A program made the translations under genes and the position numbers. A DNA stretch of 64,000 nt from Cyanophora paradoxa CCMP329 (Eukaryota > Plantae > Glaucophyta): NCBI GenBank assembly GCA_004431415.1, contig QPMI01000605.1:1-64000 (forward strand), written 5' to 3'. The notes below the pieces were generated by a model. The model saw only the letters and a program-made list of their open reading frames with translations, was not told the DNA's origin and made no database searches. Of this stretch, positions 36,070 to 46,998 are shown piece after piece. Numbering within the stretch: the stretch's first letter is position 1; each line of letters starts with the position of its first letter.

Positions 36070-36914
36070 ATGGGTGAATATAATCGAGTTCAACTCCCAA
36101 TATATTCCTTGGATCCCCTGCAATGCATTTTCGCCAGCATGAAGTAAATGATGAGGTTCGTGGTTTAGAATCCACAGAGAGACCCAATTCCAATGGTAAC
36201 TCCTTTGATAAGAATTCGATTATTCGAGTTAAAGAGCTGAGAGCTGATAAGAACTCAGGTGTGGTGAAAACAACTCGACTTCTTGTCACAAATGCTAACT
36301 TTTTCCAACCTACTAATGGAGGTCCTGATGCTTACAGTGTTGATCTGAAAGCCCTTGATTTCGATAAGAATTCTGCAGCTGTTACTGTGAGATCAGGAGG
36401 AGCTTTTATTGGTGGAGGCTGCAGAGTTTCAGGTCAGCTTTCATCCTCAATTTCGTATAATGATGTCCCAGATACTCTAGAGCAAAATGTGGAAGACCCC
36501 CAACGAATTCGATTATATACTCCTGTCGCACAGCAGCCATTAATTCAATTTTACATTGGATATACTGTTACTCTTGAAAACTCGGAATTAATTGAAGGAA
36601 CCAAAAGAGTACTGAGAGGTCTTGCGATTCCATCTGCAATGCTTTCCCTTTGTAGAGCCAACAACAATCAAGTAGGTCATAAATACTATTTCAATGTTCA
36701 GGGATATAATCATTTCGGTTATGGCTACTGTGTTTATAATAATAATTTCACCTTTGACTTGTTTGTTACAGATATTGGGTTATATACTATAACTCTTATC
36801 GGTTTGAGAACAGATATAGCCGCTGTATCAGCTCTTAGAGGTGTAACTCCTGATACTCTTTCAGTTACAGGGTTTTACCAAGAGCCAGATGTAATTGATG
36901 ACCCAACCCCATAA
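36070..36914 (+). CDS. Spike/fibre paralogue 3 (non-C1q head; frameshift near 36115)
   Basis: Shared N-domain HEVNDEVRGLESTE...RVKELRADKNSGVVKTT. Upstream ATG at 36070 joins if one C is added. Confidence 0.7.
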
Positions 36915-36937
36915 AAGATATATCCCTTTAATGTAAA

Positions 36938-37771
36938 ATGGCTGAGCAACCCCCACTTGAACGAATTATTACACCTCAACTATCATTAGCTGCCCCAGCA
37001 AACCATGTTTTACAGCATGCTACCTTTGATGATGTAGAGGGTCTCCAATCCACAGAGGTCCAACCTACAATGAACACCTTTGGTTCCACCCACAAGCTGA
37101 GATTACAGGAACTCAGATGTGATAAAAATAATGGAATAGTTAAGACAACTAAGCTACTTGTGACAAATGCAAACTTTTCTGCTCATTATGGAGACCCAGA
37201 TAGCTATGGAGATCCTCTGTCTACTTATTCTTTTGAATCTAGGTCGGGAGCTATTAACTGCAAATCGGGGGGAGCTTATATTGGTGATGGTCTTAGGGTT
37301 GGTGGGGCTGTTGGAGCGCCTCTATTTGTGAATGATCAACCCAATCCCATTGATCCCAACACAAGAATTCGAACCTATGTCCCCAGCATGAATGCCCCCT
37401 ATATAATCAAGATATTCCCCATTGTTGTGAATGAACAAACAGCAGTAGTAGACTCTCTTGTTGAGATTGGTGACCACTACAAGGTTGTTGTTGATATCCC
37501 ACCAGATGTTTATGCTGTATGCCAAGTAGAAGGTGGAACTCCCAACTTTGCAGTAGTGATCACCCCATATGATAATTTCGGAATTGCTTATCATGGAGTC
37601 AATTTCGGTTTGGAAGACTATCAGTTTCTTGTGAGAGCCACCAAGTTTGGTATCTACAAGTGTGTATTATATGCTGAGAGAACCGATTTTATTGCAAAGC
37701 AGAATACCTATGCTGAATACTATGGGACAAATCGATATTTCCCCATTTTTGGGCAGGATACTGCTCCATAA
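36938..37771 (+). CDS. Spike/fibre paralogue 4 (non-C1q head)
   Basis: Shared N-domain HATFDDVEGLQSTE...LQELRCDKNNGIVKTT; C-terminal G.Y...L.(G/A).RTD motif shared with paralogue 3. Confidence 0.7.
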   Translation: MAEQPPLERIITPQLSLAAPANHVLQHATFDDVEGLQSTEVQPTMNTFGSTHKLRLQELRCDKNNGIVKTTKLLVTNANFSAHYGDPDSYGDPLSTYSFESRSGAINCKSGGAYIGDGLRVGGAVGAPLFVNDQPNPIDPNTRIRTYVPSMNAPYIIKIFPIVVNEQTAVVDSLVEIGDHYKVVVDIPPDVYAVCQVEGGTPNFAVVITPYDNFGIAYHGVNFGLEDYQFLVRATKFGIYKCVLYAERTDFIAKQNTYAEYYGTNRYFPIFGQDTAP

Positions 37772-37793
37772 GAATATTGGTTATATATAGAGT

Positions 37794-38066
37794 ATGGATA
37801 GTAAAACAAAAAAGTTTATTGATGCTGCTATGTCAGTCCATGGTAAAGATAAATTCGATTACAGTGAGACACATTACATCAAAGCTCAAGAGAAAGTATC
37901 TGTTAGATGTTTGCAGTGTAATAAGGTAATCCTTACCTATCCCTTTAATCATGTGAAGGGATCAGGGTGTAGGGAATGCAACAAAAAGCACTCTCAGGCT
38001 TACAGGAAAAGGGCTACTTCATCAATAACAGTGGAATATAGGGATGTTTGCATTAGGTTCGATTAG
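37794..38066 (+). CDS. Single DUF723-like zinc-binding module protein
   Basis: VHGKDKFDYSETHY...CLQC...GSGCREC: the same module as the endonuclease at 24448-25377 but with no nuclease domain. Confidence 0.6.
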   Translation: MDSKTKKFIDAAMSVHGKDKFDYSETHYIKAQEKVSVRCLQCNKVILTYPFNHVKGSGCRECNKKHSQAYRKRATSSITVEYRDVCIRFD

Positions 38067-38095
38067 GTTTAATTAATTTTTCTAAGGTATTCTTA

Positions 38096-38494
38096 ATGGA
38101 GACTCAATACAGAGGCTTTCATGTTATGCTTGATTACAAAGCTAAATCAGCTATTGCAACAGGACATGAGCATGTTAGCTTCCTAGGTAATTGGATTATG
38201 GGAACCCTTGAACAAGCTATATTGAGACAAGGTATTAGGATTGTTCATAAACACTGTGAAATATTTGATGGCAAAGTATCACCTCCTGGTTTTGCATTAG
38301 TTCTGCTATTAGATGAAAGCCATTGCACAGCTCATTGTTATTCCAATGAAGGCATGTTAGCAATTGATATATTCAGTTGTGGTAAAGAAGCTCAGCATAA
38401 AACACAATCAGTAGCAGATGAGATCGATAAAACAATGAATTTCTTAACATTTGAGAAGACTGAGAGACATAAACATGATAGATTCCCGTTTTGA
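38096..38494 (+). CDS. speD: S-adenosylmethionine decarboxylase proenzyme (short prokaryotic/pyruvoyl type)
   Basis: GFHVMLD, GFALVLLLDESHCTAH and AIDIFSCG: ES|H self-cleavage site and catalytic Cys. Confidence 0.85.
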   Translation: METQYRGFHVMLDYKAKSAIATGHEHVSFLGNWIMGTLEQAILRQGIRIVHKHCEIFDGKVSPPGFALVLLLDESHCTAHCYSNEGMLAIDIFSCGKEAQHKTQSVADEIDKTMNFLTFEKTERHKHDRFPF

Positions 38495-38516
38495 TGGGTT
38501 TCTATAATGAGTTTTG

Positions 38517-38896
38517 AAAGGATTCCTTTGTTTTTCAACAATGGATCTACTGTTAGAATATCGAATACTGTTCGATATCCCCAAGATAGATCTATCGTTA
38601 AAAAAAGATATAGTATATCCTTTTTTCTGTATAGATACAATAGAATCTTACAGTAAAACCACAGGGAGGGGGTCATGGGTAAAGAGAGAAAATGTGATTT
38701 ATCAATAAAGTCGATAGATATATATGAGAGGCATAGGTAGGGGGTCATGGTTTTTGATCGAGGGTTGATGAAAAGTGAGCAATTTACGATTCCTATCGGG
38801 CATTGGTAAGGAATCGATCGTAAATTGCTTTGATTATCGATGAGGTCTATTTATGCAATGCGGGGTTTTAACTGTGAGGTTGACTGCAGACCGACC
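38517..38896 (-). repeat. PLV-A right terminal inverted repeat (380 bp)
   Basis: Reverse complement of 14010-14389, ending ...TGCAGACCGACC. Confidence 0.95.
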
Positions 38897-38902
38897 GAGA
38901 GC

Positions 38903-39171
38903 TGAGCTGTGAGCATTACACCCAAAAATTACCCCAATATAATTTGCCCCTTCAAGCAATATCCGCATGATTCCCAGTAACCCAATCCCCAATCTCAGTA
39001 AATCTCAGTAAGCCTCAGTCACAATCTATTTTATTTAATCGAAGTTATATCTTAAATCTTATTAATCGAAGTTATATCTTAAATTAATTAATCGAAGTTA
39101 TATCTTAAATCTTATTTAATCGAAGTTATATCTAAAATCTAATCAATCGAAGTTATATGCATTACACCCAA
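38903..39171 (+). repeat. PLV-B left TIR (269 bp) with five ~27-bp tandem repeats
   Basis: TGAGCTGTGAGCATTACACCC...; AATCGAAGTTATAT x5 at ~39036-39158; reverse complement of 49935-50203. Confidence 0.95.
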
Positions 39172-40230
39172 CTACCTTTTAGTTAATCCGCTTCTTAATT
39201 GATACCTTTTTCTAACAACTTTGCTGCGATTTGGTTTGATTCCCTCTTTTGCAACTTTTCGATTCACTGTGTTTGTTTTCTTTACAGCTTGAATCCTCAT
39301 TTGCTGTGGAATTTTCATTATCTCATCTCGTTTCACTTTCTGTAACTCTTGTTGCTTAAAACGTCTCTTTAATTCCTCTGCATCATCTCCATTATCTTCA
39401 AGCACCTTGAATCGATTAGCATCTTTCCCAGCTACTTTGTAAATCTTCTGACTGAACCTGGGGCCTTCCTTTGAGAATGCACCTCTCTCCTCTAAAACTC
39501 TTACAGTATCTCCTGGTTTGATTTTATCGGGTTGATTCTCTTTAACATCCATGTTATGCTTGGTGGTTTTTAGGAAAATAAACATTTGCTTCTGTGGACT
39601 TGCAAACACTTGGTTTGGGGAATCATTGTTCAGTGATGAATGAGGCGAGTTATTGTAAGCCTTTAGCACATCTGGGATTAATTCGACCCACTTCGAAGTA
39701 TTCCTCGAGACCATGAGTTTGTTCATGTATTGTTTGAAGGTTCGAGTGAATCGATCGATTATCCCAAGTTTATTCCCAGCAGAAATGTGATCTTCTTTCG
39801 CAACATCTGTATACAATTCGACACCATTTTCACTGCACCAAGTTCGATAAACCGCACTGGAAAACTCATTATCCCCTGCCAATCCTACAACCTTACCTGC
39901 TTCGCCCTTGAATTTATTAAGTATTCCCGGAATCTCTTCGCTGGTCTTGAAAGCATACACAAATGCCTTTCTACTTAGAATGTCAATGAAACTAAGCGCT
40001 TTAATGTATCCATAATTTGCTGTCTTAAACTTTCTGAAAAACATGACATCAACCTGAAATGAGTATGGCTGGGCAACTATTCTTAAAAACGTAGTCTTTT
40101 TCCTAGGCTTCTTGAAAATTTGATGCAGTTCGGAATTCTTATACTTGTTTCTCAGTTCCGCCTCATCAAATTCCTTCCCTTCACTAATGAGCTTCTGTTT
40201 GTATTTTTTGTATGATAGTATATTCTCCAT
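39172..40230 (-). CDS. rve integrase (uninterrupted)
   Basis: SFQVDVMF, IDILSRKAF, AGDNEF, LGIIDRFTRTFK, YNNSPHSSL and IKPGDTVRV motifs. Confidence 0.9.
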   Translation of the reverse strand: MENILSYKKYKQKLISEGKEFDEAELRNKYKNSELHQIFKKPRKKTTFLRIVAQPYSFQVDVMFFRKFKTANYGYIKALSFIDILSRKAFVYAFKTSEEIPGILNKFKGEAGKVVGLAGDNEFSSAVYRTWCSENGVELYTDVAKEDHISAGNKLGIIDRFTRTFKQYMNKLMVSRNTSKWVELIPDVLKAYNNSPHSSLNNDSPNQVFASPQKQMFIFLKTTKHNMDVKENQPDKIKPGDTVRVLEERGAFSKEGPRFSQKIYKVAGKDANRFKVLEDNGDDAEELKRRFKQQELQKVKRDEIMKIPQQMRIQAVKKTNTVNRKVAKEGIKPNRSKVVRKRYQLRSGLTKR

Positions 40231-43200
40231 TACTGGGCTGAACAGTTACACCTACAATGTGACAAGAAACAGTTTCGAGAAATGTGAGCGATAGCATTGT
40301 TCTCCCGATCGACAGTAGCTTCTTCGAAATCCATAATATCAAAGCACCTTCTGCATCGCCCCAATTGCTTCCCATACTGCTTTTTGAACCAGTCCCAATC
40401 AACATACTCTGCCAAGGAGAACTCCCGATTGGCTTGTTTGTCCTGGGATTTGTAGGAATCGATTTTCTGAGCTTGATCCTCCTTCGTTTTCACCATTGTA
40501 GCCGCCTCGGATTTATCAACGAAAATCACGGTATCCGAGAGATTTTGGGTTCGAGTTGCTGCAACATAGAACCACTCAGCAGTAACATATGGGGACCCAG
40601 TCTCGTGAATTACAACACGAGAATCCCTGATTGTGTCACCCTGAATGATGTGACAGGTGAAAGCATGGGTCAATGCGAAATACTTGATATCTTCGCTTTT
40701 TAGAGTATGCACTTCACCCGAATCAATGTCTTTGAGAGTGAGAATTTCCTTGGCTTTGTATTCGACCACTTCGTAAACAAAGCCCCGCTGAATGATGCCC
40801 TCACTTGTTGTCATTCGCACCTTTGCAATCAGCTCAACACCTGTCTTATATACAGGATCCTCTCCATGAATCATTTTATGCATTTTGTTGTTCACCTCTG
40901 CACACTTGCGGTTTGAATTGCATATTGAGATATCACCCTTCTCCAATGTATCAACTACTTTCAAGCCCAATCGTCTGGCAGCAATAGAAACTGGTAGTTC
41001 AGTCCTGAATAAGTCCTCCCATAACTGGTCGAATTTCTTCTGATCTGCAGCCAGTTTATGACGCTTTCCAACCTGCAGGTAAACCTCGTTCTTGAAAAGT
41101 CTATCGAAGATCTTGTTGTAGTAATCTCGTTGATTGACTGTTATGAATTGGATGGGTGGGTTCTGGTAGGGGTCGCCTGTTGCGATGTAGAGTTTGTCTG
41201 GGAACTGCACAGTCATCACATCGCACAGAGATTCCAATTCCCTAATCTCAAACTGGTAGATCTCATCAATAACAAAGCAATCGTACTTAGATAATTCCGA
41301 AACCTTCTTCCCAACATTTCCCTTCATTCTCTCATCATCAACATTCAAATTCAAGGCTCGATAAATAGTCATCACCTCAGGAGCATCCTGCCCCACTCTG
41401 CTTTTAGTTCCATTCGCAAATCCTTGCATCTCTTATTAGTAGGCGCAACGAACAAGCATTTCTTACCATACTTCTTGGCCATTGCCTTTGCCAAAGTAGT
41501 CTTACCAGTTCCCGGTTTCACTCCTTTAATCAGCACATTACCTTGCCCATCCAAAGCATTTACGATTGCTGGGAGGTCATACTCATCCTGGAACTTGTGA
41601 ACCTTGTGAACAATCTTTTCAACATTGATGAAAGGTTTGGAACGAGTTTTGAGTCGATCAAATGTGATCATGTGGCTCTTTGGTTTTTTGGAAGTCCTCT
41701 TACTGTGGGTTATCGAGTTCATGTTTGCTGGCTTCACATCAAACTTTCCAGTGTTCTCGAATAGGTTTCGGTCAAACTGCTCGAATGGATATGGTCTATC
41801 GATTGTCAGCTCATCGGTCTTGATTGCAAGGACTCCCACTCCCTCAGAGAGCAATTTCTTGCATAGGCGATACATGATGCCTCGCATGGTGGAGTAAATC
41901 ACGCACTGTATTGGCAGGAAACCATCAATGAAAGCCCGTTCTTGTTCTTCCTGGTTCACATACCAAATCATGGGCGATTTAATGTCCTTCTCATTCTTAA
42001 CTGATGTGTGTGTTGGCTTCTCTTGATCGAAACTTATAAACTTCAGGGTCCCTCCATTCTCTTCAATGAAATTCAGAGCATCATTTTTATTGAAAAAGGT
42101 GTAGGTGGTTGCTTTTCGCTGGGACTTCTTACCAAATAGACCAATGTGATGGTTGGCAATGTCTTTCTTCTCCTTGGTCGAAAGCTGACTTGCATACAAC
42201 TGCTTGAAAGCCTGCAAGGTGACATTCTCGGCAATCCGATAAGGTCTTAGAACTGCCTCAATGCTGATGTCATCCTTAATATCCTCGTAAAACTCTTTCA
42301 AAACCTCACCATACATCAGGTTATACTTTGAATCGACGAGAATCCTCTTGTATTGATTCAAGGTATTCGCCTCACCATAATTTCTGAATGCTTTGAAGTG
42401 TTTGGCTTTCACTTTCACGGAATAGAACGAATTGTCTTCGATGTCCGAGCTGCAAGACACTTTGACTTTTTCGAATCTATCAAATGAACTGAAAACTGGA
42501 AACACCTTAAGCACTTTCGAAACGATGTGTGTGTATGCTTTGGAAATGTCGAGCTTGTGAGTATCAATGGATCCATAGGCAATGTTCTCTACTATTGTTC
42601 GGACCTCAGAGGCAGATCCAAAGAACCCAGTCAATGCACTCTGTTGCCCTTTAGTAAATGCTGCATATGTTTCTGGATTATATTTGCTTTTGTAGGGTTT
42701 GTTGATAAGCGCCCTATACATCATCTGACTCATCTCATCAAACAACTTGCGATGGGCATCATCTGCAAGGTTCACATCAATATTTTCCATATCCACCATG
42801 TTGCCTGGTGGAAGGATAATTACATCTTTATCCTCTATTGTGTAGTGAATGTATGTTATTGTTCCCTCATCAGTAATGGAAGTGTGAACCTCGTGATTAG
42901 CCTTTCGGAAGCTTCCCAACAACTCAAGTAACGGCTTGTTGTATGTGATCTTAATTTTTCGGAATTGCTATCTTTCTCTCTGGCAATGATCTTGATGATA
43001 TCCTCCTCGCTGTAAGCAAAGAAGCTGTTATCGTTGAACTGTGTTTTGATCTTGTATTTCATGGCTGCTGAACCCATACTCTTCTTGGTTTCACGGGCGC
43101 CAGTTCCATTGAAAGAACGAACCAGTTTACTGAGATCCTTATTTAATACATAAACGTGGTCGTTTGCAATCTGCACGTAAACACTTGCGGGAACTAAGTG

Positions 43201-44412
43201 AGAGTTGGTTCGATTCGGTTTGAAGGAAAGAGTATGAATAACCTTGTCATCCTTTCCAATTGCAATGAACCTGATGCGCCACTTTTTCAAGAAAGGAAGA
43301 AGCTCATCAAAACTCACTCCCCAATCAGAATCAGGCTTAGGTTCATATCCCTTGATCTGAGCAAAGAGCCAGTCTTTTGAGTAGTTGACCTTCTTATACT
43401 TCTTGATGCTATGGGCATACTCAAATCCTTTGCATAGGACCTGGTGTAATGCTTCAATTAAACAATCTTTGATGGTAAGTGAATCATCGGGACATATTTG
43501 GTCCATCACACACTTAGCCTGACCATTGAGGGTGTATTTTACGAAACGAGATACGATTTTTGGAGCCTGCCCATCTCGCAGAACTCGTTCATTCAAAGGG
43601 TATACTGTTTTGTTATCGCTGACAATAATCTCCTCGATTGTCATCACCTCTGGATACTTGATGTCTGATCCATTGGGCGCATCATTCGTGAAAACCTTAA
43701 CGAATTGATAGTCTCGATTGCGAGGGTTGCTTTGCCCAATAGAAATCAGGAAGGAACCAATCTCGTTCAGAGTCCACAATGCAAGGAAGTTATTAAAGTC
43801 CTCTTGCACCTGTTCAAGCAATCTCACCAGCACTTGCTTGGGGCAGGAAAGCATCAATGCGCGTTTTCCGGATTTTTGTGTTTCAATGTAAGGTGTGTCT
43901 TCGTGGATAACAACATCGTAGTTGTTTGGGAGGTTATTGAAGTCTTCAGGAATTCGGTAAAACCTCACACGAAGCGAGACTGTATCACCATCCTGGGCCT
44001 CAATATCCCTTATGATTCTCCTTACCAGCGCTTTGAACTGCTTACTTTGCTGCTTTTCCACATTCTTCTGGGAACGAGCGGAACGTTTAGCCTTCTTATT
44101 CTGCTTGCGATCAAAGCGCTTCCGCTTCTTTGCTTCGGCTGCTTTCTTGTTCTGCTTCTCAACATTCTTAGCGGCTCTCTCAGCCCTCTTCTCCTTCTTC
44201 TCTTGCTTGCGATACAAACGAGGCTCTACGATACCTCTCAGTGTATCTCTGATATCAATCAACTTTGGAATTCTAATTGCTTTGAAAGTAAATTCTCTCA
44301 AGAAATAGATATCCTGCTCTCGGGTCAATTTGTCTTCTACTTTTGCTTGCATGTAGTAACCAAGAATCTCATCCTGCAAATTCTTCGAAATCCGATTACT
44401 TGGTCGAGGCAT
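40230..44412 (-). CDS. Replicase: divergent PolB + SF1 helicase + HNH-like fusion (three ORFs; frameshifts near 42955 and 41392)
   Basis: LDISKAY, KDIANHHIGLFGK and IKTDEL; GVKPGTGKTT, IDEIY, GDPYQ, TCHIIQG and YVAATR; CRRC...TVDRENN..AH..RNC. Collinear with 17535-21686. Confidence 0.83.
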
Positions 44413-44653
44413 TTCTTTGTTCACTCTATTAATATATACCTACAAAAGTTTTCTTTAAATACTTTTATACTCGCGTCAATTTTTACCGGCAAAACCGAAA
44501 GTCTTCGACAAAATAAATTTAGTCGAGGGCATTTATAAAAATAACAAAGGGTTGGCTCGATGATCGAACTCTAAAAATAACAGAATGATTTTATTTGTGG
44601 TTCCAGCGCGGTTCCCACGGGTTTCTCAGAGCAGATCGCGCTGAGAAAAACGA

Positions 44654-44911
44654 TTAACAGACATATTTCGATTTGCGACCACGGTTAGAATAGGGGACAC
44701 CATAGAGATACTTCACAAAGCAGACTGCATTGGAAGCATAGAGACGCTGGGAACTCTCAACGATTCTCATGGCTCTGTAACACTCATCAGTATGGTATAA
44801 ATCACGCATTTGCTTTGCGAATTTCGCATTATACTTTTTTAAATATTCCTGACCTTTTTCAGTTTTGCGATAACGATAAGTAGCACGCTTCTGAGCCTCA
44901 CTGATTGGCAT
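44654..44911 (-). CDS. Small basic hypothetical protein
   Basis: MPISEAQKRATYRYRKTEKG; AAAAATTGA upstream; positional analogue of PLV-A 21869-22261. Confidence 0.55.
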   Translation of the reverse strand: MPISEAQKRATYRYRKTEKGQEYLKKYNAKFAKQMRDLYHTDECYRAMRIVESSQRLYASNAVCFVKYLYGVPYSNRGRKSKYVC

Positions 44912-45260
44912 TTTGTCCTTTTCTACTCTCTTAATATATGTTAAGAAATCTTTAAGTAGTTTTTCTGTCTGTATATATCGATTAAACTCCTGTCAATTTT
45001 TGGTCCCGATTGCAGAGCATCCAATTCTGAAAGAAGATGCTGGAAAAATGATAAAGCCACCGATACCCAGAAGGTTCACTTGTCGGCTGCAAGTTTCTAC
45101 CACTGAACCCGATAGAACAGGTGATTAAAGTGATTTACCTATGGATATTTCACTTCGCTCTACAACGCCTCCATAAAAATGAAGAAGTTTTGAGCCTACG
45201 GATAGGATTGGTTACGTAGCGCTAACAATATTCAAGATTTTTTAAATTCGGAAATGATCC

Positions 45261-46010
45261 TTAACGGCGATAACCGGGTCTAATACCAAGCTTGGCAAAC
45301 CCTGAGACCATTGGGGCAGCATTTGGAATCGAGTTGACTGGATCAGCCTGCGAAGTGGCAACCCGAAGGATCGATTTATTCAGGACCGGCAAATCCGTTT
45401 TGTTGGAGTCTTGATACTCAATGGTCTTCGCAATCAATTCAGTTGGTGAATCTTTTACGGCTTGCACAGGTTCAGGGATGACTTCATGGGTTACCTCTGG
45501 TTTCTTCTCCACCTTCTCCTTTGTGATTGGCTGTTCCTTGATCTTGTTTTCGTTTTTGGTCTCTGCTGCAATGCCATCAACAAGACTCTTAGCATACTGG
45601 TATGTCACAGATTTCAGTCCACCAGTGGTTGATCGAATAAAGTAGCGGTTGCGATGGTCTTTCTCGGAATAGGTTGAGTAGAGTCGCTCACCACCATCAA
45701 GCAGTTTCAGCAGTGTCGATGATGAGGCAACCTTGTCCTTCGTGGATGATTTGAACTGCCCTTTCTTGATTCCTCGTTTGGCTCCAGGCATGCGGTTCAG
45801 TGGGACTTGGTCAACCAGGGCATTATCATCATTTGAGTTTGAAGTAAGCGCGATTGTGTGAGCATTCATGGTTTGGTGAACATTTTTATCGAGATCACCA
45901 GTTCCATATGCAGCGGTTCCTTTTGATTTCTTAAACTGTTTCCGTTCTGGTTCTGCTTGCTCAACTGGTTTGGCTAAGAAATTCTTTGGCTGGGTCTTTC
46001 GAGTTGCCAT
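45261..46010 (-). CDS. Hypothetical basic protein (possible core protein)
   Basis: 249-aa K-rich ORF downstream of the penton. Confidence 0.6.
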   Translation of the reverse strand: MATRKTQPKNFLAKPVEQAEPERKQFKKSKGTAAYGTGDLDKNVHQTMNAHTIALTSNSNDDNALVDQVPLNRMPGAKRGIKKGQFKSSTKDKVASSSTLLKLLDGGERLYSTYSEKDHRNRYFIRSTTGGLKSVTYQYAKSLVDGIAAETKNENKIKEQPITKEKVEKKPEVTHEVIPEPVQAVKDSPTELIAKTIEYQDSNKTDLPVLNKSILRVATSQADPVNSIPNAAPMVSGFAKLGIRPGYRR

Positions 46011-46046
46011 TTGTAATATCGAGACAAATTTATTCTACAGTATTTC

Positions 46047-46946
46047 CTATGACCGTGAGAACGGCAAGTAGAGTCCCTCCAACTCTTTAATGACATTCTT
46101 CAATGCTTTCTTGGTCAGATCTTTATCATCTTCCGTAATGAGTTCGAGAGTCATCGACCAGTCAGTGGTAATATCCGTTTCAGCACCATTCCAGTATGTG
46201 AGACGAACTTTTAGCGTTTCCACTTCCACTAAACCATTTTGCTCATGCAGGATCATGGAATTATTCGATGAATCGTATTTTAGCAGACTGCCTACCGTTT
46301 GGTCAATCTCGATTTTTGCAAGGGCTTTATCATCGCTGGTGTTCTTGCTTACATAGTTGCCTTTGAGTGGGTCAACATGAAGAAGGATGTAAGAATTGAA
46401 CAGAAGATCAAGCGGTATAACACTGTCAATGTAGTAATTATAAGTATAAGCTCCAACTGTTACAGGTGAATCGAGCAGGGCAGAAGCGTATCCATTTTCA
46501 GAACTGTCAGGTCTGCGATCTGGGAAACCAAGGAAGTTCGCTAAGATCCGACTTCCAAAGGTGAGGGTAAATGTTGCATCGCACATGAACCGTAGAAACA
46601 TGGTAACAGGATCATATGTAACGTAGAAATGGCGAGTATATGTAGTTCCCGCTGCTCCGTACACTTGTGAAGCTAGTTTGGCATTTAGAAGATTCACCAA
46701 ACTATCCGAAGTATATGTCCCTTTCGAAATAGTGTTACTCTTGGTCTTAATTACATCCCCAGCATCATAGGTTCCTGTAATCAAACTTCCATTCTCGCTA
46801 AGATTGTAAATGTTATTGAACATCTCAAAGTTAGTCACTCTGCAGGCTCTCACATTTTGGATTGCATGGGGAATTTTGTAAGTAAAGTTCGTTGGGGTTC
46901 CATCATCTCGGTCCCTGGAATCAATATTGAGATAGTAACGCGTCAT
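46047..46946 (-). CDS. Minor capsid protein (penton)
   Basis: YLNIDSRDR...IQNVRACRV...FNNIYN and LKVRLTYWNG...DWSMTLEL. Confidence 0.82.
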   Translation of the reverse strand: MTRYYLNIDSRDRDDGTPTNFTYKIPHAIQNVRACRVTNFEMFNNIYNLSENGSLITGTYDAGDVIKTKSNTISKGTYTSDSLVNLLNAKLASQVYGAAGTTYTRHFYVTYDPVTMFLRFMCDATFTLTFGSRILANFLGFPDRRPDSSENGYASALLDSPVTVGAYTYNYYIDSVIPLDLLFNSYILLHVDPLKGNYVSKNTSDDKALAKIEIDQTVGSLLKYDSSNNSMILHEQNGLVEVETLKVRLTYWNGAETDITTDWSMTLELITEDDKDLTKKALKNVIKELEGLYLPFSRS

Positions 46947-46998
46947 TCTGTTTAATAAAGCATTTTAAAAATTTCTTTTGGTATTTTAAACATAAGAG

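Larger units (their letters stand above)
14010..38896. mobile_element. Endogenous Polinton-like virus A (24.9 kb)
   Basis: 380-bp TIRs; rve integrase, PolB-helicase, A32 ATPase, major capsid protein and pentons; intronless, gene-dense and AT-richer than the host. Confidence 0.92.

Noticed and set aside
38897-38902. GAGAGC as a TSD of PLV-A or PLV-B (nested or sequential insertion)
   Set aside because: It does not match GACGCT on the far side of either element.
41372-42960. Programmed ribosomal frameshifting in the PLV-B replicase
   Set aside because: The PLV-A homologue is a single ORF, and the same one-base-loss pattern occurs in many unrelated genes.
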